The notes under the pieces are model-generated. The model had not been told where the DNA came from. It saw nothing but the letters and a program-made list of their open reading frames with translations, and searched no databases. Of a DNA stretch of 64,000 nucleotides, positions 47,980-61,228 are shown in pieces. The stretch comes from Neophaeotheca triangularis. Its lineage: Eukaryota. Numbering within the stretch: position 1 is the stretch's first letter; every line of letters starts with the position of its first letter. The stretch is from NCBI GenBank assembly GCA_054600435.1, contig BAAIJX010000043.1, positions 1 to 64,000 on the forward strand, read 5' to 3'. A program made the position numbers and the translations under genes.

Positions 47980-49827
47980 GCTCCAATAAGAAAGGAGAGG
48001 AGAAGCGGGGATGGCTCGCTTGCTAGCTCTGCGTAGCTACAGCTTGCTTTCACGATGCCATGAAGGCTACAGATCTACCCAAGCGCCCAAGACGACGTTG
48101 CGAATAGCATGGCTAAAAGGCGCTAAGGCATATATACCCACTTCTTGTTCATACAAGACGAAACGAGTTCAAATTGCAAAAGAGAAACAATGATTAGAAG
48201 CCATATGATCCATAACGATTACGAGATCACTCAAGCCGATCGATGCAATAGCCGCGTACGATATCATGCAACCAACTCAGGAGGCGTAGCGATTCGAGGG
48301 AGCGTGTCCCGCACGATCTCCTCTTCAACCTCGAAACGGCAGGAACACATGAGACTACAACCGTAGGTCAATGACGGACCTGAGGGCTCTGCGGCACATC
48401 GTGTACGACGATCGATCTCAATGAGCATCAACGAAGCCGTTGACGGAGCTGCTGGTGGGCAGCTCCTCTTTGTAGTAGTTATCGAAAATGCAAGCGCCGA
48501 GAGACCGCCGTCACCGTGTGAGCAGCGGCTATTAAGGAGCCTGCTGGGGACGTTCACCTGCTCCGAGGTTTCCTATCTGGGCGGTGAAACACCACGACGG
48601 CCTAAGGTAGCATTCGGAGCGTGAATAATTGAATTCGGATTCTTTCATAAGCTCCGACAGGGCCATCTCGTCCCTTTCAACCTTAGCATGGGCCAAGAAG
48701 CGCAATTCGATTGACGCGTGGAAAGCATTATGAGAGAACGTGACCTCTCTACAAGCTAAGAGATACCCTGAATATAATCTAGATGCAATCAGAACAATTG
48801 CAACGCCACTTGGTATTATCGAGGCAAGATAGATTTTCTGAACAGAATTGCAACTGCATGAACCAAGGTACTTACTAGTAAAAACCCTCCAGCACAATTC
48901 CACGAGCACAATGTTGTAAACTATAGAGTGACTTGACGGACGACCGACATCCTTTACATCAAGCTGCTGATTGCTGCTAATTGGAAGCAGAGCCTTTCAT
49001 ATGGGGGGCTGCCGGGTCTTATGATGCTCCAGAACGTACCGCGTCCATTCGCTTAGCTAAAGTCCAATTGCTCAATTGTTACGAACCCCTCTTGTCGCAA
49101 CAGGAATGCATGTACTTGTAAAGCTTGTCAATCAACTACGGCATCACATGTTTCAGAGACATTACCTGGTTCAGTGGGGGTTCTACCATGGGTCTGTATC
49201 AACGGAGTGTGCTTTCCAGCAGGTAGCCACAATAAATTTATGCGCATTGTCTAGTGGCTACCTAGCAGCGTGTTGCCCAAGCCTGCAAATGACTAGACAA
49301 AGCCGGTGGGTTCGGGGTTCTTGCGCACTGCCAGTGCGGCCGGGACTTCTAAATTGCGCGCTTACGCCGCTGAAGCTTACAATGTCTGTGACTACGCGCC
49401 GCTTTCGTGCTTCTCAAGAGGCCGTTGCATCATTTGGTATGAGGTCTTAGAGACCCATGGGAAGAGGTGTAAATCTGAAGGGAAGCATCGGTGTTCCGCA
49501 AGAGAGGATGCATAGCAACAGTTCGAGGGCCGGGGCAAGCAGGGGAGCAATGGAGCTGGAGCATGTCTCCGAGAATAGAGCCGCATAAGATCTACATCTC
49601 ATCTTTAGATACTGTAACCACGTTGAAAGACTCTGGTCCGTCGAACGGGCTCAACGCCTGCTCTCCATGAGCCGAAGGCTTCTGCACGCATCGAATGATG
49701 GCAGTCACACCCTTTCTACTCATTGATCGGTCTCCTAGGTATAACATCTTCCTCCACGCCTTAATCGTTTACTCTCGACGCAGACTGCGTGCTCACAATC
49801 CTCAATGCACCGCAGCCCTGGATCCGT

Positions 49828-50897
49828 CTAACGGTCCTTGGAAGATTCCTGGTTTTGCTTCTCCGCCATTTGGTCGCCGAGCTTCTGATATTCGTTGCTC
49901 AAGTTCTCACTCTGCTTCTTCAAGGTCTCAATGTCGCGGTCCTTCTGCTCGAGCTTCCTCTTGAGGGTTCCGATCTCGCCCAACTCGCCAGCCTCACCAA
50001 GCTTGCTAGAGTTCTTGTCCGACTTGGGGTCGCCCTTGTAGTGCCTGACCTCCTCCTCGAGACGAAGGACGTCAAGGATCATGGTGTAGGTGCGGTTGAG
50101 AATGAGCGACAGGAAGAGCGTGAAGCCGCAGAGGTACATATTGCGTTGCGAGTAGAACTTGCGGGCTTGGACCTCCATGCGCTCGCTACCAGCGACAGCA
50201 CTTTTTTCGTGTTAGCAGGGCATAGAGTAGGGCACTGAAGGACACAGCACGTACCTGGCAGCACCGCCAGCCTCCTTGGCCATCTGCAGCTCAACCTGGA
50301 CGCGGTAGACGCGATTCACGCTGTCGATGAACAGAATCAGGATGAAGATGAATGTAATCTGCGAATACGTGGTCAACATGAATACCCCAAGTGCTGTATC
50401 GCTGTGTCAATGCCTACCTTCATGCCATACTGGAGCTTGGCGACTATGGGGCTTTCGCTTATGAAGGTGAATAGGCCACGCTTCCAGGTGAAGGGCAAGG
50501 GCACGATGAGCGACATGAAGACAGTCATCTCAAACATGAGGAGGGCAAAGACCTGTCAGCAAGGTGGTTAGCTGGCTGTTTCCTTGGAGTTCCAAGGTTG
50601 TACGAGCGATGTACGGGAGCGTAGATTAAGCTGGGCATCTTTGCGGTTGGTTGGTGGGCGGTGGGATGGGAGGCAGATAGGAAGTGTAAGGGGATGGGGC
50701 AGAAGGTGTCGAGACGAGGAGGAGGAGGGCGGCGGTGGATAGAAGAGTGTTTGTTGTATGTAGGTGTGGTGTAGCAGTAGTACTGACAAGAGAGTAGTAG
50801 AGACTGGGCGAGGAAGTTAGCAAAAGCGTTCGGACCAGCTTTCAACCAGGGCAGCCCGTGGAGGGACGGGACTGAGGTGGATGGCTACTCACGTCAT
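49828..50897 (-). CDS. BAP31/BAP29 (Yet3-like) ER membrane protein
   Basis: Exons 50893-50897, 50788-50803, 50418-50552, 50255-50358 and 49828-50200 give MTLYYSLVFALLMFEM...LILFIDSVNRVYRVQ...RKFYSQRNMYLCGFTLFLSLIL, followed by a coiled coil. Confidence 0.9.
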
Positions 50898-51426
50898 ATT
50901 GGCGGCACGGCGGGGCAAGAGATGGATGGTTGACAAGAGCTGCGGAGGGAGCTTTGCTGGCTGACCGTTTCGTCTCTGGCGCTCATGCGACGGCGAAGGG
51001 GAGAGATGAAGGTGGGGTTTGTTGACGAGGAAGAGGAAAAGGAAGTTGTCGTTGGTTGTTGAGAATAAGGTATGGTAAGGTAAGGTAGGTAGGTAAGCTG
51101 GTGAGGGTGAGGTGTTGTGACGAAAAGGGTTGTGGAGGCAGATCGAATGAGGACACGCACCGTGTTTGTCACTACCTACCTACTAGTAGGTACTGTGGGA
51201 CACCGTGGACCTCACCTGCAGCCTGCAGCTGGACCGCAAGAAGAACGACCCCACGTCATCGTTCTCGGCCAGAGATAAGGAAGCGCATCTAATCTAATCG
51301 ATAACAACATCAATTGTGGATACCATAAATTTCCACAATCACTCACAACGACGACCACCAGTGCAAGCCACCTAGTCAAGAGACTTAATAGTCACACCGT
51401 CACTCTTCCCTTATACCGCGCTCAAA

Positions 51427-53820
51427 ATGCCGACCAACGGCGACGACACGCCCAACGGCAACCCGCTGCCACCAACCGACCCATTGAAGCCTGCTGAAAC
51501 GCCCATTCCAGAGACCAAGCTTCATCCTCAAACCGAAATCAAACCTGGCGATTCAGCGACTACCAAGGCCGAGAAGATTGAACGCCATGGAGCTGTTGAC
51601 GGTGACGACAAGACAGATGACAATGACAACAACGATGAACCTAGGAAGAGAGTGAAGCTCGACGGGGACTCGACCTTGACAGCCGCTGAGCCTTCGAGTG
51701 AGCAGCCCGGCCGTGTCAAGGGCGTAGCTCCGATCAAGAAGGAATTTCTGGTCGACGTGAGCAAGACCTCGCAGCCAGATGCCCACGACGACGACGCTTC
51801 CGAGGCTCGAGGCAAGGTCGACAGCCGGGACCAGCCTCGCGAACAACAGGCCAGCAGCGGAAGAGGTGGCAAGAAGACACAAGGCGGCCAGAACCACGGC
51901 AGGCAATTTGGTTCTTCCAAAGATACACTACAGCTGTGCAAGTCGGTCGCGCGCTTCAACGAATTCGGTGGCGAAGAATGCAAATTTGGCGAAAAGTGCA
52001 AATTCGTCCACGATGTGCGAAAGTACCTAAAGGAAGGCAAGCGCGAGGATCTTGACACATTCAACGGAAAATGCCCCATTTTCGAGGTCAGGGGGAAGTG
52101 CAATGCTGGGTGGAAGTGTCGGTTCGCGGGGAGCCACTCGAAAGAAGTCGAACACGAAGATGGGCGTAAAGAGCTTGTTTTGATCGACAACACCAAGGGC
52201 GGGTCGAGCGGCGAAGACAAGGAAGATGCAGAAGACGAAGGCGTTGGGGCGGTCAACTTGGTTAGCATCGGCGACAAAATCACGCTGCGGAAGAAAAAAC
52301 ACCCGACGCCCAAATCGGACCAGTATCTCAAGTACCTGAACGATATACCGCGTGATCAGGATGGCGCACGAAAGGACAGAGATGCCGACGGTGCACTACA
52401 AGAAGGCCGAGCTAAATACACAGAGTCTCCCTTGCGGCCGTCTGAGAAGCGCCGTTTGTACTACGGCCCCGAAACTCCGGTCCTTGCTCCGTTGACCACA
52501 CAAGGCAATCTGCCTTACCGCCGCCTATGTGTCTCGCTGGGTGCACAGGTGACGTGGTCAGAGATGGCAATGGGTCTTCCTCTGCTCCAGGGTGAAAAGG
52601 GAGAGTGGGCGCTAATGAAGGCACACGAGTCCGAGACGAAGCCCCCACGATACACCCCGAATAACATTGTGACCGACTACGACAACAACAAGGACCTCAA
52701 GTTCGGTGTGCAAATTGCTGCAAACAAACCATGGTTGGCGCTGAAGACTACCGAGGTCCTCACAGCGCTGTGCCCCCACCTTCGCGCCATCGATTTGAAC
52801 TGCGGCTGCCCTATCGACCTCGTATGCCGTCAAGGAGCGGGCTCGGCATTGTTGGATGCCCATGGCAAGCTCGAGAAGACACTTCGGGGAATGAACTACG
52901 TTTCCGGCGAAACCCCCATCACCGTCAAGATCCGTATGGGTACAAAAGACAAGCATCCAACCTCAGAGAAGCTCTGCTCGCGTTTAGTCTTGGGTAGTCA
53001 GGACGCGCAGGATGCCGGTGAAGGGCCAGCTGGCGTTGCTGCGATTACACTGCACGGCCGTTCAAAGCAACAGCGATACACAAGAAGCGCTGACTGGGAG
53101 TACATTGCTGAGTGCGCCAGTCTGGTCAAGAAGTGCAAAGCCGAGCAAGCCGCTCAACAGGACACGGTAAAAGAAGCTGATGCGAGGGACATGGCTCCAA
53201 CGAAAGGTGGCCTGCCGTACTTCATCGGCAATGGAGACGTGCTCTCCCACGTCGATTACAACCAGCACATTGAGGAGGCGGGCGTCGACTCGTGTATGGT
53301 CGCTCGCGGTGCTCTCATCAAGCCGTGGATCTTCGAGGAAATCGAACAGAACCAATACCTCGACAAGTCAGCCGAAGAGCGCTTGCGTTACATCGAGCAG
53401 TTCGTACGCAATGGCTTGGAATACTGGGGCTCTGACGAGATCGGCGTGGGTACGACTAGGCGCTTTCTCCTTGAGTGGCTGTCCTTCTCTTGCCGTTACA
53501 TCCCCGTCGGGCTCTTGGAGTACCTTCCGCCCAAGTTCGGAGACCGGCCGCCTGCCTTCCGGGGAAGAAGTGAGCTCGAGACACTCCTTTCGAGCGCCAA
53601 CTACAAGGACTGGATCAAAATCAGGTATGTCATTTATTACCCCACGTTAAACAAACTTCGGAAGCTACCGAAGTGGCGTTGGCGGTTTCCTTTTTCGATC
53701 GCAAAGTTACTGACTGCATGCTCTCTTATCAGTGAAATGTTCTTGGGACCTGCACACAAGGACTTTAACTTTCAGCCGAAACACAAGAGCAACTCATACG
53801 AAATCGAGGCTGAGGGTTGA
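51427..53820 (+). CDS. DUS3: tRNA-dihydrouridine(47) synthase Dus3
   Basis: Two CCCH-type zinc fingers, then [36 protein letters not shown] and [14 protein letters not shown], ending [10 protein letters not shown]. Intron 53625-53732. Confidence 0.95.
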   Translation: MPTNGDDTPNGNPLPPTDPLKPAETPIPETKLHPQTEIKPGDSATTKAEKIERHGAVDGDDKTDDNDNNDEPRKRVKLDGDSTLTAAEPSSEQPGRVKGVAPIKKEFLVDVSKTSQPDAHDDDASEARGKVDSRDQPREQQASSGRGGKKTQGGQNHGRQFGSSKDTLQLCKSVARFNEFGGEECKFGEKCKFVHDVRKYLKEGKREDLDTFNGKCPIFEVRGKCNAGWKCRFAGSHSKEVEHEDGRKELVLIDNTKGGSSGEDKEDAEDEGVGAVNLVSIGDKITLRKKKHPTPKSDQYLKYLNDIPRDQDGARKDRDADGALQEGRAKYTESPLRPSEKRRLYYGPETPVLAPLTTQGNLPYRRLCVSLGAQVTWSEMAMGLPLLQGEKGEWALMKAHESETKPPRYTPNNIVTDYDNNKDLKFGVQIAANKPWLALKTTEVLTALCPHLRAIDLNCGCPIDLVCRQGAGSALLDAHGKLEKTLRGMNYVSGETPITVKIRMGTKDKHPTSEKLCSRLVLGSQDAQDAGEGPAGVAAITLHGRSKQQRYTRSADWEYIAECASLVKKCKAEQAAQQDTVKEADARDMAPTKGGLPYFIGNGDVLSHVDYNQHIEEAGVDSCMVARGALIKPWIFEEIEQNQYLDKSAEERLRYIEQFVRNGLEYWGSDEIGVGTTRRFLLEWLSFSCRYIPVGLLEYLPPKFGDRPPAFRGRSELETLLSSANYKDWIKIRYVIYYPTLNKLRKLPKWRWRFPFSIAKLLTACSLISEMFLGPAHKDFNFQPKHKSNSYEIEAEG

Positions 53821-54060
53821 AGGAGGTGGGGTGTATCCTGAAGGTTTGGAAGGGGGAGGGCTTGCAGCCGACAGGCTGAGCAGTGAGCGTTAAATCAAAG
53901 AATTAAGAATCGCCCGCTTCGGGGAGCGACCCGGCGAGCGACCCGGTGACTTGCAAGCCTGGTGGAAGCGAACCTTGCAGTTAATAATGCCATTGCGCAT
54001 GGATGCGTAACGTTAGACGTTAGGGGATAGCTTGCCTGCATTGCTCTAGCCGGCCACATC

Positions 54061-54091
<31 letters not shown>
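54061..54091 (+). repeat. (ATCA)n microsatellite
   Basis: Seven perfect ATCA units plus ATC downstream of DUS3. Confidence 0.95.
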
Positions 54092-57000
54092 CCCGATGCG
54101 AGATTCGCGTGCAGCGTCATCCTCTCGCTACACAAAACTGGACCCTGCAGCCCGCAGCACTCGTAGACCTCAAGATCATTGCCTGGGCAGAGACTCTAAG
54201 TTAGAGATTGGAGGAAGTAACAGTCCCTTGCTGCAGCCTCTCAAACACACCTGCCTTTTGCCAATAACTCGCCGGCGCACTCTGCACGTGTCGAAGCCGC
54301 TCGTGCTTTCGTCGTCCTGGTCCTTCCGCCTACCTAGGTATGCACACGGCACCCTGACTCATGCCCTTATACCATTGTGACGCTGAAAGTGAATTATATC
54401 GCAAGCACCACGGAGCACTTGGCCCCATTGTTCAGTCGTGGGGGGCGACTGCACGCTTGTACTGTTGCGGTACATTGGCGCTGATATGACTGTCAACAGA
54501 TCCCAGGGCCTAATCAAAAAGTAAACGGTGCTCTACCCAGGTCAGGCAGTTGTTCATGAGAGTTTGTACGTTTCCTAGGTAGTCTCGGGTCAGACGGACG
54601 ACTCGACGTCTCCAGTTGGCGTGTTGATGATGCCTTGTCGATCGTTCGGGAAGCCGCAAGGCCGTCACCACGAGCTGTCGGCTGGTGTTGGTGATCACCG
54701 TGTGAAGACGCTGTTGTTCGCTTGCTGGTTCTTTAAAGTTGCGCGAAATACATCACATGGACATTTCAGGGTAGCCGGTATGGGGCAAGTGGTGATTATG
54801 GGTCTCGTTCCTTGTCGGCGGGCTACTTTAATGAGCTACACTCGCGCGGGTTCGCCGGCACGTCGGGGATATGGGATGGTTTGGAGATGCTCATCTGGGA
54901 GGCGGCGCAGATGGAGTAGGATGCGGGAGTTTGTGCGGATCAAAGCGGAGAGAAGGTTACCGAGAATGTGCCAGAGAGACGGACGCTGGGAAGCAATTGG
55001 TGCGCGTGCAGAGGGTAGGCGAGCTGTTGGGTTGCGCCTTCGAAACTCTACGATAGTATCGTGGATTCGTGAATTATGATAGCCCCTCGAAACATTCGAT
55101 GAGATACGGCAATGATAGGTCGACGTGCGAGAGGTACCGGTCATCGACTCGTCAAGCAGGTACTTCTACTACTATGTGTCGTGTTGCGGTATTCGTGACA
55201 TCTCTTTAGACTTCGAAGACCCTCGGGGACTTGGGCAACTCGTGAGCCAGTAGTAAGTAGTAGGACCACCGACGATGTTCGTTCTCATAGGCGGATACCA
55301 GATGGCGCAACAGGGGCTGCCAGGTATGCGGGCAGTCACGAAACGACGAGTCTGTTCATGGAGTGCATTATACCCAACGATACCTCCTAGCAAAGGTTCG
55401 TTATCAAAGGTTTCCTTGAACGCACCGAAGCTACGCGCAATGTTCGTTGTTGCTGTCCTCGCTCGAAACGTTAATGCTACTGATGTCGGCTTCTTGTTCA
55501 ACAATACAAGTACTGGCATCCGAAACAGGCTGACAGTGGAATGGCACGCTCATTCAGAAGGTTCCCAATAACAAGGCCGTCGCTGTTGATGACCTGCTTC
55601 CGAGATGGGTTAAAGATAGGTTCGCTCTCGGCAGCAATGATATCAATGAGCATGGATGGGCTGCGTGCTGTTGGTGCTACTGCTGCAGCTTTCTGAGTTC
55701 TGAGTTCTGAGTTCCAACGCTCGAGGTTCGTGCCAGAAAGTAACGACGAAACTCCGAATTGGCGTAATCTTCTTTTGCCCTTGAACGCTTACACACTTAC
55801 ACGTGCTAAAATCGACGACCATGCAGGCCAGGTATGACTATGAATATCAGTCAAGTTACGGGGAAGCGGTCGTAGCATATTCGGAGCAATGCGGCGGCGG
55901 CGTCATGGTATGGCGAATCTGGACCTCTCGTTTGGGTCGAAGGATAGGTAGATACACAGGTACATAACGGTACCAACGATGATCAGCTACCGAGTCGTGG
56001 CACGCTCAACGTCTAGATCCCAGGTACCTACCTACAAGTATACCTTGCCTTGCGAAGCCCAAGACTGAGACTGAGAGCAGCTGCGACGTGAAACTTTGCA
56101 TTACCAGCCTGCATCTAGCTGACGATGTGGGGGTAGTGTTGAGTTACTGGACCTTACTCGAGGGCCAGTTCCAATCCATACCTACAGCTTAACTACAGCC
56201 TACAGCGTAACAGCGTAACAGGCGACAGGCGAGAGAGAGGCAGATGAAATTATTCTTGTTGAACCGTACCTAATTACTACCTAACTTACAGTACTACCCA
56301 TTGTGGGAGCGAAGCCCGAGCCGCTTCTTCGCGTGCTGTTAGAAACCTCCGGAGAGAGACTGTAGCCGTTCCGATAAATTATTACAACTGTAAGGTATCT
56401 CAAGTTCCAATTAGCGCTTCGCCAAAGAAAACCTCGAGCCCGCATGTTGCTGCAGGGCTGAATATATGATATTGGACCATTGGTATGTAGTTGGTGGTTG
56501 GTAGTCGGGACCAAGTCACACTTTCCGCCCGGGCAGCCGTGCACAGTGCACGGTAGTGCAGCTGGACGACTAATAACATGGGCGGTCCACGGCGGTCAAT
56601 ACTAGTAATATTTAATATGTCGAATGGAACTCGAAGGAAATCGACATGAGCCGTGCTGAGTATGTCTTCAAGACTCAAGCATTAGTTATTATTGCTCGTC
56701 TGTGCTGGTGCGGCCTCGTTGTCGACCAGTCAGCCGTGGTGGAAAGATGGGGTTGGTTCAGCGAGTAGTGACAATCGGGTAAATGCTCTTGGAGCGTCAA
56801 TGCCAATCGTCTCTAGGAGGTACTCTCTACCTGGGTACTCGTGGACTTGATTCGTGATTGAAGATACCCGCATACCTGGTTTGTCTTGATCGAGTGGTGT
56901 GACTGCATCTTGTGCTAGGTGAACGGTACCTTCCATCAGCTAGACGTACGTCTTGTGCTCAGCAAGGAGACATGCATGATGACTTGTGGCATTTTGAATA

Positions 57001-59035
57001 CTACTTTAAGTTGATAGCCGCATCGTCCGCGCACTTGGACGACAGCAAAGGAGCAAGAGCGCGACATACTAGTCGTATATTGAGTGTATCGTACCGACTG
57101 GGTAGAGGCCGTTTAAGTCTTGACCGGTAGTACGCCGAGTCATTGAACGGTTGTGCGTAGCCGTCCAAACCGTACCCTTCACTCCGCCATTAGCAAATGC
57201 CAAACCCCAAACAGTACCCGACTACTAAAGTACTACTACTACTAACCACGAGTCCACGACGCACGTCGCGGGGCGGTCGCCTTTGGCTCGTCCCGAGACA
57301 GGCGAGTTCTCTCCGATTGATGGAACATCAACACTGATCTTCATTTGGGCCCCTTTCACTCGGCTCAAGCAGCATTGTTGATTGCAGAGATGGAGGCGAG
57401 TGGCACATCAGCTTCGCGAGAGCGTGCCCACGCAATTCTACTTACTTCCTTCAGCGTAATGAATAATAATATGTAACTAGGTAGCCTTATGCCAGGTCGC
57501 AGTACCTACCTTGGGCGGTAGTAGTGGGGGTTATAGTAGTGCGGCTCGCCATGTGCGTGCTGTCGTTTCAGCTCCACCAGGGACAAGAGTCGGGGCTGCT
57601 CGGGCGCAAGGCATGGTGGTTGTCGTGCTGCGGTGCACAAATTTTAAAAGTTTCCAGAAGGCGTGCCGCAACGACGAACCACATTATTTCGATCCAAGGA
57701 ACAAGGCTGGCGGTAGTGGGCCTACTAACTTCTCTTAAGACGCTGGAATAATGGGTACCTTGTTAGTACTGCCGAACGATGGTAGATGCCGCACACGGCA
57801 CACAGAAGAAACTGTACACACACACGGTACACCGTCCCAGTCAACGCCCACCGCGATGCGGCCGTGAGGCGACGCACTCACCAGTGACCACCTCACGGTA
57901 CAATAGTAGTCATGTTTCCTTCCCTCACACCGTTGTCGCCCGCAGTCCTGCCGGCAACGGTGCAGTAGTCCGAGAGAGTGGCTTACTACTAGCCAAAAGT
58001 CAAGACTTAAAGTGCACCTGGGCAGTGGGCGTGTCGACGTGACCTCGGCGCGCCGTTTGCCTGCCGAGATTTGGGCATATGCCAGCAGCCGATGGCAGAA
58101 CCGAAGGTGCAGACCTATCGCCGTCGTTTGCCTCTGGCCTTTGCGCTGCGCTCGCTCGGAAGGTCAGCACACCTCCATACCCGGCTAGTCTTGTTGAATA
58201 CCTAGCCACTCGGTACGCCATGACCATACGAGCCGGGGCTGTTGGTCGACCTCGTTTGTCCTGGGGCATTTATCATGTCATGACGCTACAGCGTGCCTTG
58301 CAGCGATCACCACAAGTTGCGCGTCGTTGCACTGTAATCGAAAGGGATCGATAGGGATGGTGAACGAGGGCAAAGTATCCGACGAGCGGGCGCTCATCAT
58401 GACGGGGCGCTGCTGCAGAAGCAGTTACATGATAATCATCACGCTGCGAGTGCAAGTAATGTTCCGGCATGTATTCTATACATACGAGGCCAGGCAGGGG
58501 TGCCCCCAGCGGTACGGCGGCGTTAGGGGGAGGTAGTAGACTAGCTATGGTAGTGCGTCGCCGGACCATCGCCCAGCAATAACCTTGTTTGATCGTGCAG
58601 GCATAGGGGTGGCATCACGTCAAGCCAGCAAGACTACCTCACCCACTACTAGGAACCTGGCCTAGCTAAGGTTTTGGCCGTGCGAGGGAGCAGCGAGCGT
58701 CGGTATCATGTATGGTAGGTATTAGTATGTCGCCGCATGTAGCGCAAGCAAGCATGCATGCTTGTAGACATGTATCCAAGTACTGTATGACTTGACTTGA
58801 CCAGCTCCATCACCGCTTGTTGCCATCACTCCTACCTGATACCTATCTTATTAACGTTATTCGAGAGAGAGTTACTCGAGTAGCACAACTACTACCACTT
58901 ACCCCAAATCGTCGTTGATATATATCAAGCAGACTCCTTCAACACCCACCTCCCCTCCCCCCTCGTCCTTTTCTTGGAAGCTTAGCATCCCTTTGGCAAC
59001 GCGTTGGAAGTCCATCCAGCGCCTGTACATACAGT

Positions 59036-61228
59036 ATGTCAGCACAAACCAATCAGTTCCCCACAGCCGCCCAGCGAGCTCTCTCACCGTCTCCACCGAC
59101 TTACGATCCGTCGCAAAGTCCCCCTTCGCTCTACAATTCCTCGCAGTCGACGTCGTCGTCTTCTGAAGACCGCGCATCTGTCAGCAGCCTCTACACCCCG
59201 CCAGTCGCCGCTTCTCCCGACCAGCAGCGCCTTCTTCAACTCTCCCAACAACAACGCCCAAGCCTACCGCCCAGTACCGGTAGCCCCTTCCGCCGACCGC
59301 CGGCAGCAACCACTCCACCCGCTCTATCTTGCCACACGCCCGACTACGACAGCTTCCTTCACAACCACCACTACTACGACGACGACGACGACAACGACGA
59401 CGGTGGCGACGACTTGCTCTTTGCCTGCGACGACGCACAACCTCCGCCCAAAGACTCGACCCTTCCTCTCGCTCCGAACCCGCCTTCTTCCACACCCGCA
59501 GCAGTCGCCATGCCAGGCACTCCCATAGACATTGCCGGCTCGAGGCAGAATTCACACTCACCGAGCCGCGCTCAGCAATCCAATCTCACTTCGCAACTGC
59601 AACGTCCCAGAATCGACATCCAACAAAGCACAGACATGGACGGCGCCTCCGAGCAGCTCAAGGCCCGCCAGGACTCGTTCAGCGGCATGCTGGGCACCAC
59701 CCCATATGGCGCTCGATCGATCCCAGTGAGAGGCGATCAGCCTCGCAGGGAAAGCGTCATGCTGTCCGGCAGCTATATGAACGGCATGAGTTGGGGTGGC
59801 ATCTCCATGGGCAGCTTCATCCGCGACGAGTACGCATCTCACGACATCATTTCCACCTACGTTCCCATAGCTAATCCTCCAAACAGTGTGATGACAGGCA
59901 CTTCTCCCTACAACTTCCAATCGCCGTCGTTCCACTCTTCCTCGTACCTGCCAAAGATGGAGGCCAACTACATGAAAGATTACGTGTGCTGCGACATCCG
60001 ACTCGACTCGATGCACGAACTGCTACAACACTACGAAGAGGCCCACGCCCAGCAACCGAACCAAACCATGGGTCGAACGCCCACCGACCAACAATACCCC
60101 AGCAGTCGCGCCGCCAACGCCACAAGTACAGCTCAAGCAGTACAGCAGCAGGCGCATGCCTCCCAGAACACCACCCCACAGCAGTCGCAGGCTCAGCCCG
60201 TGCAAAACAACACCTCTCCACTATTCGCCGGCCAGCAAATGCCGGAGCAATTTGACAACCTTGACGACATGGAGATGGAGGATGCAGGACCACCACAAGC
60301 ACAACAGTCGCAAGGGAACCAGTTCCAGCCCCAACCCACATTCGGCCGTCAACAGCCTAGGGCGCAGACCGTCAACGTCAACATCGCCAACGCTTTCCAA
60401 GGCCAAGGCCTACGCTCCTCCACACCGACCACTCCCCAAGCAAGTCAACAGAACTTCGGTGGCTTCCCGAACAACCCAACAGTCTCTTCCGTCAACACGC
60501 CCACGCTAGGTACTCAGACCACCTCTCAAAAAACAAGCTCACCCGAGACATCGATGCCCGGCACGCCTGCCGAGCTCGACATGGACTATGGTGGACTCGG
60601 CAATATCAACTGCGACTACAGTCAACTCTCGATGCCTGGAAACTTCGATTTCAGCCAGCTCAACGGCCAGAACGGTGGCTCCGGCACCATCGACGATCCT
60701 GCGAAACGACTCCTCAGTAAGCAAGGCTACGGCAACAAGGGCTTCCCTAACCCTGCCCTGGCAAACAACAGCGAACTGGCTAAGCGCCTACGTGAGCAGC
60801 AGTTGCTAAACGGTCTTGCTGGCGTCGGCGGTTTCGTCGGTGAAGAGATCAAGCCTTTCAAGTGTCCCGTCATTGGATGCGAAAAGGCATATAAAAACCA
60901 GAACGGGTTGAAGTACCACAAGCAGCACGGCCACCAAAATCAGCAACTCAAGGAGAACCCGGATGGTACCTTTTCGATCGTGGACCCCGCGACTAGCATC
61001 CCATACCCCGGCACAGTGGGTATGGAGAAGGAGAAGCCTTACCGGTGCGACGTCTGCGGAAAGCGTTACAAAAACCTCAACGGCCTTAAATATCACCGCC
61101 AGCACTCGCCCCCCTGCAATCCAGAGCTCAAGCTCAATGCCGGTACTATGCCTGGTAACTTGCAGAGCATGAACGCCAACGTTGCTGGCGCCGGACTCAT
61201 GGGTCTTAGCGATGGCGTTGGCTATTGA
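59036..61228 (+). CDS. SFP1: Split C2H2 zinc-finger transcription factor Sfp1
   Basis: SSSYLPKMEANYMKDYVCC...HELLQHYEEAH, KPFKCPVIGCEKAYKNQNGLKYH, HQNQQLKENPDGTFSIVDP and EKEKPYRCDVCGKRYKNLNGLKYHRQH. Intron 59830-59886. The start codon is uncertain. Confidence 0.93.
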   Translation: MSAQTNQFPTAAQRALSPSPPTYDPSQSPPSLYNSSQSTSSSSEDRASVSSLYTPPVAASPDQQRLLQLSQQQRPSLPPSTGSPFRRPPAATTPPALSCHTPDYDSFLHNHHYYDDDDDNDDGGDDLLFACDDAQPPPKDSTLPLAPNPPSSTPAAVAMPGTPIDIAGSRQNSHSPSRAQQSNLTSQLQRPRIDIQQSTDMDGASEQLKARQDSFSGMLGTTPYGARSIPVRGDQPRRESVMLSGSYMNGMSWGGISMGSFIRDEYASHDIISTYVPIANPPNSVMTGTSPYNFQSPSFHSSSYLPKMEANYMKDYVCCDIRLDSMHELLQHYEEAHAQQPNQTMGRTPTDQQYPSSRAANATSTAQAVQQQAHASQNTTPQQSQAQPVQNNTSPLFAGQQMPEQFDNLDDMEMEDAGPPQAQQSQGNQFQPQPTFGRQQPRAQTVNVNIANAFQGQGLRSSTPTTPQASQQNFGGFPNNPTVSSVNTPTLGTQTTSQKTSSPETSMPGTPAELDMDYGGLGNINCDYSQLSMPGNFDFSQLNGQNGGSGTIDDPAKRLLSKQGYGNKGFPNPALANNSELAKRLREQQLLNGLAGVGGFVGEEIKPFKCPVIGCEKAYKNQNGLKYHKQHGHQNQQLKENPDGTFSIVDPATSIPYPGTVGMEKEKPYRCDVCGKRYKNLNGLKYHRQHSPPCNPELKLNAGTMPGNLQSMNANVAGAGLMGLSDGVGY

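Noticed and set aside
48000..49800. Minus-strand fragments (48264-48557, 48532-48909) with some protein-like stretches
   Set aside because: No consistent splice model or known motif. A decayed or orphan gene cannot be excluded.
25066..61228. Apparent clustering of ribosome/RNA-biogenesis genes (RPA43, coilin-like, DUS3, SFP1)
   Set aside because: They are spread over 36 kb among unrelated genes, which is compatible with chance.
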